Below are positions 50,890 through 62,922 of a stretch of DNA of 64,000 nt, piece by piece; within the stretch, counting starts at the first letter, position 1, and each line of letters starts with the position of its first letter. This DNA comes from Arcobacteraceae bacterium (GTDB lineage Bacteria > Campylobacterota > Campylobacteria > Campylobacterales > Arcobacteraceae). The notes beneath the pieces are model-generated. The model worked only from the letters and a program-made list of their open reading frames with translations. It did not search any database and was not told the origin of the DNA. The stretch lies in the NCBI GenBank assembly GCA_048268245.1, contig JBLWVX010000002.1, positions 96,001 through 160,000 on the forward strand, given 5' to 3'. The translations under genes were made by a program, and so were the position numbers.

Positions 50890-50964
50890 AAAATTCCTTT
50901 TGCTTATGACTAATTATATCTATGAAATACTAACTTTAAAAATCAAGCGATTATTTCGCGATTT

Positions 50965-51921
50965 TTAGTTTTGTTTATTTCTTTGTCTATTGTATGTAAA
51001 CTCTAAAAGCGTAGAAATAGTTCTAGTATAAGGAGCATCAACTCCTAGTTTTTCACAGTTTTTTATAACAACTCCACAGATTTGCTCTAATTCTAAATCT
51101 CTATTATTCTCTTTATCAACCCACATAGATGGTTTTACTGATTGAAACTGTGTATAAAGTTCAAACATTTTATCTGCATCTTCTTGAGTTAAATTAACTC
51201 CAACTGCATTTGAAGCAAGCGCAGTCTCACTCATTAAGCCATAGATTAATTTTGAAGTTTTTTCATTTTTCATTAAAGGACCTGTTTCTTCTTCTAGTAA
51301 GGCACAAATTGCATTTACTCCATTGTTTACTATAAGTTTATTCCAAAGCTCTAGTTTTATGTTTTCACAAATAATAGTTTTTGTTTGAGTTTTATCTAAA
51401 ATATTTTTTAAGTCTTCTAAGAACTTACTATTTTCATCATTTGGATTAACTGCTCCTATTAATGTTTCAACACCACCTTCACAGTGAACATGCCCAAGTC
51501 CTACTGTATGAGATACAATTAGTCTTGTAAGTCCACCTATAACATACTCTTTTTTATAATATTCTTCCATAATATCTTCATTGTCAACACCATTTTGTAA
51601 TGAAATATAATATGGAACTTTTAAAGAATCCTCACTCCAAGAAGCTAAAGTTTTAGAGATTGACTCTGTACTCATTCCTTTTGTTGCAATAAATATAGCA
51701 TCAATATCTTCAGGCTTATGTTTTTGCACAAACTCTTCAAGACTATATGTATCAATTTTATCTTCAATAGTATAATTTGGGTGACTTACTTTCATCTTAT
51801 TATTTTTAAGATATTCTAAGTTTTTCCCTCTTGCTACAAATTTTACATTACATCCTACATCATGTAAAATCATTCCATAAAAAGCACCTATTCCACCTGC
51901 ACCTATTACAACTATATTCAT
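50965..51921 (-). CDS. Ketopantoate reductase (PanE/ApbA) family protein
   Basis: GAGGIG, LQNG, WNKL..N and PSMxxD motifs. Confidence 0.9.
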   Translation of the reverse strand: MNIVVIGAGGIGAFYGMILHDVGCNVKFVARGKNLEYLKNNKMKVSHPNYTIEDKIDTYSLEEFVQKHKPEDIDAIFIATKGMSTESISKTLASWSEDSLKVPYYISLQNGVDNEDIMEEYYKKEYVIGGLTRLIVSHTVGLGHVHCEGGVETLIGAVNPNDENSKFLEDLKNILDKTQTKTIICENIKLELWNKLIVNNGVNAICALLEEETGPLMKNEKTSKLIYGLMSETALASNAVGVNLTQEDADKMFELYTQFQSVKPSMWVDKENNRDLELEQICGVVIKNCEKLGVDAPYTRTISTLLEFTYNRQRNKQN

Positions 51922-52002
51922 TATTTAATCCTATAAAATACTCATTTTTTAAAACTGTTATTATATACTAATAGAGTATAATTTAAATAAAAAAGGTTTA
52001 AC

Positions 52003-52548
52003 TTGATAAGACTTGGTTCAAATTCGCCAACAAGAGCATTAATACTTAAAAACTTTGGGATTGACTTTATTCAAAATGGAGGTAGTTTTGATGAAGATTC
52101 TATAAAAACTACTGATCCTAAATCTTTTTGTTATGAAGCAACAAGGGGAAAGTTTGATGAACTATATAAAAAGTATGGAGTTGATGATATTCCCTTACTT
52201 GTGGCTGACTCAGTTGTTACAGCAAATAATAAACTGCTTAGAAAAGCAAAAGATGAAGATGATGCAAGAGAAATGTTAGAACTTCAAAGTGGAAATGAAA
52301 CTTCAGTTATAACATGTATGATTTATAAATCAAAAGAAAAAGAGCTTATTGATATAAGTATTACTACATATGAGTTTGATAAATTTGATGAGCAACATAT
52401 GAATGAATATATCAAATCAGGTGAGTGTTTTGGAAAAGCAGGAGCTATCATGGTTGAGGGCTTTTGTAAACCCTATATTAAAAATGTGAAAGGGTTTGAA
52501 AGTACGGCTATGGGTTTATGTGCCCAAAAACTAATCGCATTTATGTAA
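52003..52548 (+). CDS. maf: Maf family nucleoside triphosphate pyrophosphatase
   Basis: LGSNSPTR, ADSVV, KAGA and MGL motifs; TTG start. Confidence 0.93.
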   Translation: MIRLGSNSPTRALILKNFGIDFIQNGGSFDEDSIKTTDPKSFCYEATRGKFDELYKKYGVDDIPLLVADSVVTANNKLLRKAKDEDDAREMLELQSGNETSVITCMIYKSKEKELIDISITTYEFDKFDEQHMNEYIKSGECFGKAGAIMVEGFCKPYIKNVKGFESTAMGLCAQKLIAFM

Positions 52549-52558
52549 AGGACAAAAA

Positions 52559-52753
52559 ATGTATAAAAGCTTTAAAACTATAATGAAAAATCAAAAAGGT
52601 GCAATAGAAAATATTCTTGTTGCAATTTTATTAGTAATGATTGGAGTTGGAGCTTTTATAGGTTATTCCACGTGGATAGAAACTCAAAATACAAATGTAA
52701 AAAATGAAACTACAAAACAAATAAGCAAAACATTAAATGATACAAATAATTAA
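52559..52753 (+). CDS. Small pilin-like protein with a class III (prepilin-type) signal
   Basis: AAGGA RBS; basic leader ending NQKG, then AIE, a ~19-residue hydrophobic helix and a short polar tail. Confidence 0.6.
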   Translation: MYKSFKTIMKNQKGAIENILVAILLVMIGVGAFIGYSTWIETQNTNVKNETTKQISKTLNDTNN

Positions 52754-52816
52754 TTAGCCATCAATTAAATAACATTTATATAAATTTATTGTAAAATAAA
52801 ATCTTGAAAGGCTTAC

Positions 52817-54169
52817 ATGAAAATAAAAAAATATATATTTTTAATTACAATAGTTGTTGGCTTCACTGCATGTAGTAATAAAAATGTTCCAAATCAATAT
52901 GTGATAAATACAGACTATAAAGAGAATAAAGAAGTTGAACAAGTTAATAAAGTTATATTGGAAAATAAACCAAATATCTTAGACACTTTATCAAAAAAAG
53001 AAAAAGATTTTTTGGAAGTTATAAAAAAAGATAAATACTCATCTTTATGTGACAAAAAAGATTTCTACAAAGAAATAGAAAAACTTGAAAATAAAAAAGA
53101 AATATCTATAAAACTAAAAGAGTTTTTTCCAGTTTATGTTGAAAACCTTGAGAACTCTTGTATTAATAAAGAAGCTTTTTACTCAGAGATTAGAAAAAAT
53201 AAATATAAAGATTTAAAATATTCTTATGAGTTTTATACAAAAAAAATAGATAAAAAAAATATTCTAAATGAGTATGAAAACCCAAATACTTCAATTAAAG
53301 AGATTTTAGATAGGCATGCCCCTTCACATCCAGATTTCTTTAAATTTATTTCATTTAAAAATAGTGGTGATTTAAATAAATCCAAAAAAGCTAGACTAAA
53401 GCTAAATATAGAAAGATTGAAAGTTTTAAAAGATTATAACTCTGATGATTTTATTCAGTTAAATATTCCTTCATATAATTTTAGTTTATATGAAAATGGT
53501 AAGACTGTTAAAAGCTTTGGAACTGTTGTTGGTTCAAAAAAAGACCAAACACCAATCTTATCTAGTAGGCTATCTTACTTTATAGTAAATCCAACTTGGA
53601 ATATCCCAAGTTCTATTGCTAAAAAAAGTATTATCCCAAAGGCTTTAAAAGATAAAAACTTCTTAAAAAAGAAAAATATAGTTATTAGAAAAAAAAGATA
53701 TGATTTAGATGCCCAAGAAGTGAAATTTAGTGAAGTAAAATGGGATAAATACCTAAAAGAAGATATTAAATCTATTCCATATAAATTTATTCAGCTTCCA
53801 TCAAAAACAAACGGCATGGGAAGAATAAAATATATGTTTAAAAATGACCATGCTGTTTATATGCATGATACAATTGGTTCATGGAGATTTAAAATCCCAA
53901 AAGAGAGTATTAGAGCAGTTAGTCATGGATGTGTAAGGTTAGAACACCCTATTTCGTTGATGGAGCATATCACAAAAAGATATACTCCAAAAACCTATAA
54001 AAGTGTAAGAAGTATTTATGATAATGAAAAAACTGACTCAATTAGTTTAAATAAGAAACTTCCTTTACATATCACATATATTACTTCATATATAAAAGAT
54101 GGAAAATTAAAATTTACTAGTGATATTTACGGATATGATAAAATCCAAAAATTAAATTATGAGCTTTAA
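52817..54169 (+). CDS. L,D-transpeptidase lipoprotein (YkuD domain, LdtD/YcbB-like)
   Basis: Lipobox FTAC; NIP, NPTWNIP and YMHDT...SHGCVRL motifs. Confidence 0.93.
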   Translation: MKIKKYIFLITIVVGFTACSNKNVPNQYVINTDYKENKEVEQVNKVILENKPNILDTLSKKEKDFLEVIKKDKYSSLCDKKDFYKEIEKLENKKEISIKLKEFFPVYVENLENSCINKEAFYSEIRKNKYKDLKYSYEFYTKKIDKKNILNEYENPNTSIKEILDRHAPSHPDFFKFISFKNSGDLNKSKKARLKLNIERLKVLKDYNSDDFIQLNIPSYNFSLYENGKTVKSFGTVVGSKKDQTPILSSRLSYFIVNPTWNIPSSIAKKSIIPKALKDKNFLKKKNIVIRKKRYDLDAQEVKFSEVKWDKYLKEDIKSIPYKFIQLPSKTNGMGRIKYMFKNDHAVYMHDTIGSWRFKIPKESIRAVSHGCVRLEHPISLMEHITKRYTPKTYKSVRSIYDNEKTDSISLNKKLPLHITYITSYIKDGKLKFTSDIYGYDKIQKLNYEL

Positions 54170-54191
54170 ATAGGTAAATTATTACCTATTT
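54168..54191. terminator. Bidirectional terminator hairpin
   Basis: AAATAGGTAA-ATTA-TTACCTATTT between convergent genes. Confidence 0.75.
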
Positions 54192-54656
54192 AATTAAAGT
54201 TTTTATTGTTGTAAGCATTCCTGTATGAAGATTATAGTTTGCTACAGGAAAATCAAGATTATCCTCATCTGTAAGATTTACTCTATAAGAGTTTAGGTAT
54301 TCACCTAAAGCTTTTAAATCTACTACCTTATAATTAACATTTTTATAATCAGTTCTAACTAAAGAGTTTTTTTCATTTGATTGCTCTAAAATAAAAGCCA
54401 TAGTTCTTAAACAAACTAAATCAGACCATCTATAAAAAAACTCTTTATCAATCTGTTCTACTTTTCTACCCTCAGGAGTAAAAAGAAGATTTTGATCTCT
54501 AAGAGGTAAAAGAACTGACAAAGTTGCTTCAACATAAGGTAGAATTTTATCTTTCCAAAAATCCTCTTCTTCACTTTTATCTAAGGCTTTTTCATACTCT
54601 TCTAAAATCTCTTCTTTTGAAGCTGTTTTTAACAACTCGTCTAATGACATACTCAT
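54186..54656 (-). CDS. Hypothetical all-alpha protein
   Basis: 156-aa ORF translationally coupled to dxs. Confidence 0.75.
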   Translation of the reverse strand: MSMSLDELLKTASKEEILEEYEKALDKSEEEDFWKDKILPYVEATLSVLLPLRDQNLLFTPEGRKVEQIDKEFFYRWSDLVCLRTMAFILEQSNEKNSLVRTDYKNVNYKVVDLKALGEYLNSYRVNLTDEDNLDFPVANYNLHTGMLTTIKTLIK

Positions 54657-56458
54657 TACTTCACCTTTTTTACTAATTGTTCAGGAAGTAGCCCTAATGA
54701 CTCTTCAACTTTTTTAGTATCACCATGATTAATAAAATCATCTTCATATTCAAAAGAAGTAAGACTCACACATATTTTTTCTTCATTTAAAAACTCTAAA
54801 ATTGCACTACCTACTCCACCTTGTTTTTGAGAATCAGAGAATACGTACCAATCATCATATTTACAGGCTAAATCTTTTAAAGTCTCTTTATCAAGTGGTT
54901 TTACAAATCTTAAATCTAAAATAGCAATATCATCTTCATGTAAAGCCTCAGTCTTACATGCTCTCCCAACAGCTGCGCCATATCCTATAAATAGTTTTTT
55001 TGATTTTCCCTCTTTTAAAAGCTGAGCTTTTCCTAATTCAAAAGTTTCACTTTTATAATTAGTTTCAATAAATGCACCTCTTGGATATCTAATAGCACAT
55101 GGCTTATCTAAAGTATATGAAAACTCTATTGCTTGATGTAATGTTTCATTATCTCTTGGAGCAAATAAAACCATATTTGGGATAAATCTTAAATATGAAA
55201 TATCAAATGTTCCTTGATGTGTTTCACCATCATTTCCTACAATTCCAGCTCTATCAATTGCGAAAACTACAGGTAAACCCATAAGACATACATCATGTAT
55301 TATTTGATCAAAACCTCTTTGCAAAAATGTAGAATAAATAGTAATAAAAGGTTTGAAACCTTCTTTTGCCATAGCTGCCATAGATGTAACTGCGTGTTGT
55401 TCTGCAATTGCTACATCCCAAAATCTATCAGGAAACTTATCCATTAGTTTATTTATCCCTGTACCACTTGGCATTGCAGCTGTAACACCAACTACATTTT
55501 CATGTTTACAGGCTAAATTAGTAAGTGCATCTGCAAATACAGCTGTTGCAGCTTTTGGTGCTTCTTTTTTTACAAATGCTCCATCTTCTACGTTAAAAGG
55601 TCCTACTCCGTGCCAATGTTCATGTTGTCCCTCAGCTACTTTATAACCTTTTCCTTTTACTGTTCTTGCATGAACAATTACAGGTTTTTTCATAGCTTTT
55701 GCTATTTGTAAAGTATCAATTACTTCTTCTAGATTATGTCCATCAATTGGTCCAATATAATCAACACCCATTTCTTCAAATAAAATTCCAGGAGTAATAA
55801 GCTTCATAGCCTCTTCCATTCTTTTAGCTATATAAGTTGTACCTTCTGGCATATTTTTCTTTATGAAATTATCAACTTTACCTTTAAAACCTTGGTAATA
55901 TTTACCTGCTAAAAGCTTTGAAAGATATTTTGATATTGCACCTATTGGTTTAGCTATTGACATCTCATTGTCATTTAAAATAATAACAACAGGAAGTTTT
56001 AAATCACCTAATTCATTTAATGCTTCATAGACCATACCAGCTGTCATTGAACCATCACCTATCATCACAACAGGTGTTCTATCTTCTTTTTTAAGCTGTA
56101 TTGATTTTGCAGCACCAACTGCTAATGATATAGATGTTGAACTATGTCCTGCTACAAAATAATCAGCAGGAGATTCTTTTGGTTTTGTAAAACCACTTAA
56201 ACCTTCAAACTGTCTAATAGTTTCAAACTCTTCCCATCTCTCAGTTAAAAGCTTATGAGGATAACACTGATGTGATACATCAAAAATAAATGGATCTTTG
56301 TATGCATCAAATATATAATGCATACCAATTGTTAATTCTACAGCACCTAATGTTGAAGAGAAGTGTCCACCTTTTCTCGATACTACATCAATAATTCTAT
56401 CTCTAATTTTTTGAGAAATGTCTTCTAACTCTTCTAATGATTTGTTTTTTACTTCCAT
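54656..56458 (-). CDS. dxs: 1-deoxy-D-xylulose-5-phosphate synthase
   Basis: GGHFSSTLG, DVSHQCYPHK, GDGSMTAG, AIAEQH and DGETHQG motifs. Confidence 0.99.
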   Translation of the reverse strand: MEVKNKSLEELEDISQKIRDRIIDVVSRKGGHFSSTLGAVELTIGMHYIFDAYKDPFIFDVSHQCYPHKLLTERWEEFETIRQFEGLSGFTKPKESPADYFVAGHSSTSISLAVGAAKSIQLKKEDRTPVVMIGDGSMTAGMVYEALNELGDLKLPVVIILNDNEMSIAKPIGAISKYLSKLLAGKYYQGFKGKVDNFIKKNMPEGTTYIAKRMEEAMKLITPGILFEEMGVDYIGPIDGHNLEEVIDTLQIAKAMKKPVIVHARTVKGKGYKVAEGQHEHWHGVGPFNVEDGAFVKKEAPKAATAVFADALTNLACKHENVVGVTAAMPSGTGINKLMDKFPDRFWDVAIAEQHAVTSMAAMAKEGFKPFITIYSTFLQRGFDQIIHDVCLMGLPVVFAIDRAGIVGNDGETHQGTFDISYLRFIPNMVLFAPRDNETLHQAIEFSYTLDKPCAIRYPRGAFIETNYKSETFELGKAQLLKEGKSKKLFIGYGAAVGRACKTEALHEDDIAILDLRFVKPLDKETLKDLACKYDDWYVFSDSQKQGGVGSAILEFLNEEKICVSLTSFEYEDDFINHGDTKKVEESLGLLPEQLVKKVK

Positions 56459-56471
56459 AATAATATCTTAT

Positions 56472-57578
56472 TTATTTATTTTCTTCTAATACCTCATCTA
56501 AGATACTAAAGAGTTTTGTATTCTGGCTTTGAGAACCAATTGTTACTCTTATTGCATTAACGCCATAACCAGTTAAATCTCTTACAATAACACCTCTTTT
56601 TAAAAGTTGTGATGCTATTTCTTTTGAATTATACTTATCACCAAATTTTAAAGTAATAAAGTTTGTATATGAATCAATAAAATCAAAACCTTTTTGTTTT
56701 GCATAATCTTCATATCTTTTCATCTCTTCAAAGTTTAAAGCTATACAGCTTTGCACAAATTCTTCGTCTTTTAAAGCCTCAATTGCCGCTGCTAGTGATA
56801 AAGTTGTAATATTAAATGGTGCTCTTAATTTATATAAAGTATTAATAATCTCTTCATTAGCTACACCATATCCAACTCTCATACCACCTAAAGCATAAGC
56901 TTTTGAGAAAGTTCCTAAGTAAATAGCATTAGGGAACTTACTTATTAAATCTTTTGCATCAATTTTTTTCTTTTCATCTTTAAATGAAGCATACTCTTGA
57001 TAAGCTCCATCTACAATAACTAATGTATTTTTATCAACTGTTTCTAAAAATTTATAAACATCATCTTTGTCTAAACACTCTCCTAAAGGATTGTTTGGTA
57101 GACATAAGAAGATAATATCAGCTCCATGCTCTTTATACATTGCACTAAACTGTTCTAAATTATGCTCATCATCTTTTGTTTTTAAAATTTGGCATCCTGT
57201 TTGTTTACCATATATTTCATACATAGCAAAAGTTGTTTTAGACATTAACATTTTTGAGTTTTCATTACACTTAGCATGTACACAAAACTCTAAAATTTGA
57301 TCACTTCCTGAACCTATAATAATATTTGACTCATTAACATCAAATTTATTAGCTAAAGCCTCTTTTAGTTCAAACATAGAATCATCAGGATAAATAAACA
57401 TATTTTTTGATAATTCTTGAATTTTTTGCTCAACCTTTGGTGATGTTCCATAAGGATTTTCATTTGAAGCAAGTTTTATAATATCTTTTGGATCAATACC
57501 ATATTCTCTTACAACAAGCTCAATAGGCTTACCTGCTTCATAAGTTGTCACATTTTCTAAAACTTTATTAAATTTCAT
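56472..57578 (-). CDS. hisC: Histidinol-phosphate aminotransferase
   Basis: [14 protein letters not shown] and [15 protein letters not shown] motifs. Confidence 0.96.
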   Translation of the reverse strand: MKFNKVLENVTTYEAGKPIELVVREYGIDPKDIIKLASNENPYGTSPKVEQKIQELSKNMFIYPDDSMFELKEALANKFDVNESNIIIGSGSDQILEFCVHAKCNENSKMLMSKTTFAMYEIYGKQTGCQILKTKDDEHNLEQFSAMYKEHGADIIFLCLPNNPLGECLDKDDVYKFLETVDKNTLVIVDGAYQEYASFKDEKKKIDAKDLISKFPNAIYLGTFSKAYALGGMRVGYGVANEEIINTLYKLRAPFNITTLSLAAAIEALKDEEFVQSCIALNFEEMKRYEDYAKQKGFDFIDSYTNFITLKFGDKYNSKEIASQLLKRGVIVRDLTGYGVNAIRVTIGSQSQNTKLFSILDEVLEENK

Positions 57579-57598
57579 TTTGTTTCCTAAGTTTTTGA

Positions 57599-58666
57599 TT
57601 AAATATCGTTTATCTCTTTTACATAAGATCCTAAAACTTTTACAGTATCTTTATGTTTTTCTAATACATTTTTCACATGTTCATCATCTTTATGACCATC
57701 AAAGTCAATAAAGAAAATTGAATTACCTTGTACAATATGTGATTTAATTTTTGTTAAGTTAATACCTGAATTATTAAAATCAGTTAAAAACTCAACTAAT
57801 GCACCTTGTCTATCAGGGAACTCAACTAAAATTGATGTTTTATCATTTCCTGATTGAGCATTTTCAAAGTCACTTATTATAAAGAATCTTGTTTTATTGT
57901 TATCTTTATCTTCAATATTTTCAAATAAAATTGGAAGATTGTTAAGTTTCGCTCCAACATGAGGACAAATTGCTGCACTATATGGCTCTTTAGCTGCAAG
58001 TTTTGCGGCTTTTGTTGTTGACTCAATAGGAATTTGCTCAATTTCATCTAATCCAAAGTTTGCTAAAAACTTTCTACATTGTTCAAAAGCAATATCTTTA
58101 GAATAAATTCTTTTAATATCTTGTACTTTATCACAAGTACTTGCAAAAGTATGATGAATATCAAGAACAACTTCAGCAATAATTTTTAAGTTATACTTAT
58201 TTAAACAATTAATAGTATCTGTTACTATACCATTTGAAGAGTTCTCAATAGGAACAACACCAAATTTTGCTTTTTTAGTATCTACTTCTCTGAAGATACC
58301 ATTTATAGAAGCTATAGATACATATGAACTCATAGCACCAAATCTTCCTTCTGCTGCTTGATGAGTAAAGCTTCCCTCAGGTCCTAAATATGCCACATTT
58401 TCTGGAAGTTCTAAATTTCTAGAAATAGCAAATATTTCTAAGAAAAGTGCTTCAATAGCTGCTCTATTTAATTTTCCATCATTCATAGATTCTAATCTAT
58501 CAATAATCTCTTTTTCCCTTTCTGGTCTATAAATAGCTCCACCACTTTTAGCCTTTAGAAGTCCTACTTGATGTACAACTTCCATTCTTTCATTTATAAG
58601 TTTTAAAAGTTGTTCATCTATACTATCTAGCTTATTTCTTAAGTCTAATAATCCATGCTCATTCAT
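57599..58666 (-). CDS. pheA: Bifunctional chorismate mutase/prephenate dehydratase
   Basis: AroQ N-terminal domain (LRNKLDSID...RPERE) plus PDT ([13 protein letters not shown]) and ACT domains. Confidence 0.97.
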   Translation of the reverse strand: MNEHGLLDLRNKLDSIDEQLLKLINERMEVVHQVGLLKAKSGGAIYRPEREKEIIDRLESMNDGKLNRAAIEALFLEIFAISRNLELPENVAYLGPEGSFTHQAAEGRFGAMSSYVSIASINGIFREVDTKKAKFGVVPIENSSNGIVTDTINCLNKYNLKIIAEVVLDIHHTFASTCDKVQDIKRIYSKDIAFEQCRKFLANFGLDEIEQIPIESTTKAAKLAAKEPYSAAICPHVGAKLNNLPILFENIEDKDNNKTRFFIISDFENAQSGNDKTSILVEFPDRQGALVEFLTDFNNSGINLTKIKSHIVQGNSIFFIDFDGHKDDEHVKNVLEKHKDTVKVLGSYVKEINDI

Positions 58667-58685
58667 TTGTACCCTTTTTGTTCTG

Positions 58686-59894
58686 CTACTTGATGTACTC
58701 TTCTTCTAAAGCAATTAAATCTTCAAAAGTCTCTCTTTTTCTAATTATTCTATCAACTCCATTTTCAACTGCAATTTCAGCTACTTTTCCTCTTGTATTA
58801 TAGTTTGAAGCCATTGTAAAACAATACGCTCCTGCACTATAAATAGCAACTAAATCATTATGTTGAGTTTTTGGTAAGTCGATATTTTTAGCAAAGAAGT
58901 CACCACTTTCACAAACAGGACCAACTAAGTTACAATCACTTAACTCTTCATTATCATTTAATACTTCAATCTTATGGTATGCGTTATATAAAGATGGTCT
59001 AATTAAATCATTCATAGCTCCATCAACAATAACAAATCTTTTTTCACCATTTACTTTTTCATATAATACTTTAGTTACAAATACCCCAGAGTTTCCAACT
59101 AAAAATCTTCCTGGTTCACATACTATTGTAATATCTAAACCAAATAAAGCTTCTAAAATTGATTGAGCATATTCATTTGTATCAATAAGTTTTTCATCAT
59201 CATATACAATACCTAATCCTCCACCAACATCAAAGAAAGATAAATCAATTTTAATTGCTGCTAGATTTCTTACTAAATCAGCAACTAATTTAACTGACTC
59301 TTTAATTGGCTCTAGCTCTGTTAATTGCGATCCAATATGACAATGAATACCACTTGGCTCTAAAGCATCACTATTTTTACACTGGATATACATTCTTTTT
59401 GCTGTATCAATATCTACACCAAACTTATTTTCATGTAAACCTGTTGAGATATAAGGATGTGTTTGTGGATCAATATTTGGATTAACTCTAATAGAGATTC
59501 TAGCAACTTTCCCTAACTCTTTAGCAATTAACTCAACTCTATCAAGTTCTGCTGCACTTTCAACATTAATCATTAAAATACCAAGCTCTAAAGCCTCTTT
59601 TATCTCGCTGTCAATTTTTCCAACACCTGAAAAAATGATTTTATATGGCTGAATACCTACTTTTAATGCTCTTTTAACCTCACCGATTGATACACAATCA
59701 GCACCAGCACCTAAATTTGCTAAGTGCTTAATAACAGATAAATTTGAATTTGCTTTAACAGCGTATGCTAAAAGAGATTTTCTAGCTTTAAAAGCTCCTT
59801 TTAATTCTTCATATTGTGCCGTAATATGATCAAAATCATATACATAATATGGCGTTTGATACTTGTTTGCTAATTCTTTAAAATTTATATTCAT
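58686..59894 (-). CDS. lysA: Diaminopimelate decarboxylase
   Basis: YAVKAN, HIGSQ, EPGR, GPVCESGD and GAY motifs. Confidence 0.99.
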   Translation of the reverse strand: MNINFKELANKYQTPYYVYDFDHITAQYEELKGAFKARKSLLAYAVKANSNLSVIKHLANLGAGADCVSIGEVKRALKVGIQPYKIIFSGVGKIDSEIKEALELGILMINVESAAELDRVELIAKELGKVARISIRVNPNIDPQTHPYISTGLHENKFGVDIDTAKRMYIQCKNSDALEPSGIHCHIGSQLTELEPIKESVKLVADLVRNLAAIKIDLSFFDVGGGLGIVYDDEKLIDTNEYAQSILEALFGLDITIVCEPGRFLVGNSGVFVTKVLYEKVNGEKRFVIVDGAMNDLIRPSLYNAYHKIEVLNDNEELSDCNLVGPVCESGDFFAKNIDLPKTQHNDLVAIYSAGAYCFTMASNYNTRGKVAEIAVENGVDRIIRKRETFEDLIALEEEYIK

Positions 59895-59997
59895 ACTCTT
59901 TTATTACCTATTCCTCTTTAAAATCTTAATTTAAAATTTCAATAAATTAAAAATTAAAACTTTTAAAATCTTTTATGTTTTATATATAAATAGTTAG

Positions 59998-60119
59998 TAA
60001 GTATGAGATTTTGATTGAAATTCAAGGCGGAAGAAAAGTTTTAGGCAGGAGCTTACTGTAGTAAGTGAGTGTCTAAAACTTTTCTGACAACATAGAAGTT
60101 CGCCAAAAGCTTATGCTTA
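59998..60119 (+). mobile_element. ERIC-like 122-bp palindromic intergenic element (MITE-like)
   Basis: Nested inverted repeats with TA ends; core CAGGAGCTTAC-TGT-AGTAAGTGA resembles the ERIC core CAGGAGCTTAC-ATA-AGTAAGTGA. Confidence 0.75.
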
Positions 60120-60123
60120 ATGA

Positions 60124-61663
<1,540 letters not shown>

Positions 61664-61709
61664 AAAATTCCTTTTGAATTGATTTACAATTTTTCTATTT
61701 TTGTTTTTA

Positions 61710-62906
61710 CTACTCTTCTATTACAAGTGCTTTTACACCAGGAAGAACTTTCCCTTCAATTAACTCTAGTGATGCTCCACCACCAGTTGAAATAAATGTC
61801 ATTTCATCTTCATCACCAGTAACTCTAACTAAGTCAGCAGTATCTCCACCACCAACTACAGTTGTAGCATATGAAGATGCAACTGCATGAGAAATTTTTG
61901 TACTACCTTTTGCAAACTTATCCATTTCATAAACACCCATTGGTCCATTCCATAAAATAGTATGAGCATCCTCAAGAGCTTGAGAGAATAAAAGTGCAGT
62001 TGCAGGTCCGATATCTAATCCCATCCAACCTTTTGGAATTTCTTGTGTTGTTGTTGGTTTTGCAAATGCTTCTGCATCAAAAGCTTCAGCAGCTACAACA
62101 TCTACAGGTAAGTATAACTTAACACCTAATTGTTTTGCTTCTTCCATAATTTTTATTGCTTCAGGAATTAAATCTTCTTCAACTAAAGAATTACCTACTT
62201 CATGTCCTAATGCTTTTAAGAAAGTAAATGCCATTCCACCACCAATAAGTATTTTGTCAACTTTTGGTACTAAGTTATATAATGCTTCTAATTTTCCTGA
62301 AACTTTTGAACCACCAACAATTGAAACAAATGGTCTTTTTGGTTCATTTACAATATGATGGAAAAATTTAATCTCTTTTGCTAGTAAGAATCCTGCAGCT
62401 TTTGAATTAATATCAAAATGTTGTGCAATTCCCTCAACAGAAGCATGAGCTCTATGAGATACACCAAATGCGTCGTTTACATAAACATCTGCCATTGAAG
62501 CTAATTTTGCACTTAAGTCTTTATCGTTTTTAGTTTCACCAGCTTCAAATCTCATATTTTCTAATAATAGAATTTCACCAGCTTTTAAAAATTTTGCCAT
62601 AGAAACTGTTTCATCACATACAATTCCTGGAGCCATTTTAATCTCTTGTTTTAATAAAGTATGTAATCTTTTTGCAATTGGTTTTAAAGAGAACTTTTCT
62701 TCAAAACCATTTTTTGGTCTACCAAAATGTGATGCTAAAATAATAGAACAATCATTGTCAATACAATATCTAATTGTATTTAAAGCACTTCTAATTCTTC
62801 TATCATCAGTAATATTATTGTACTCATCCATAGGTACATTAAAATCACATCTAATAAAAACTCTTTTATTAGCTACATCAATATTTTTAATTTCCTGTAA
62901 TTTCAT
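61710..62906 (-). CDS. pgk: Phosphoglycerate kinase
   Basis: [20 protein letters not shown] and STGGGASLE motifs. Confidence 0.99.
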   Translation of the reverse strand: MKLQEIKNIDVANKRVFIRCDFNVPMDEYNNITDDRRIRSALNTIRYCIDNDCSIILASHFGRPKNGFEEKFSLKPIAKRLHTLLKQEIKMAPGIVCDETVSMAKFLKAGEILLLENMRFEAGETKNDKDLSAKLASMADVYVNDAFGVSHRAHASVEGIAQHFDINSKAAGFLLAKEIKFFHHIVNEPKRPFVSIVGGSKVSGKLEALYNLVPKVDKILIGGGMAFTFLKALGHEVGNSLVEEDLIPEAIKIMEEAKQLGVKLYLPVDVVAAEAFDAEAFAKPTTTQEIPKGWMGLDIGPATALLFSQALEDAHTILWNGPMGVYEMDKFAKGSTKISHAVASSYATTVVGGGDTADLVRVTGDEDEMTFISTGGGASLELIEGKVLPGVKALVIEE

Positions 62907-62922
62907 CGTCTTCCTTAATCTA

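Noticed and set aside
59895..60123. Lysine riboswitch upstream of lysA
   Set aside because: No L-box conserved elements were recognisable. The structure is a single rod-like ERIC-like palindrome whose wobble pairs favour the opposite strand.
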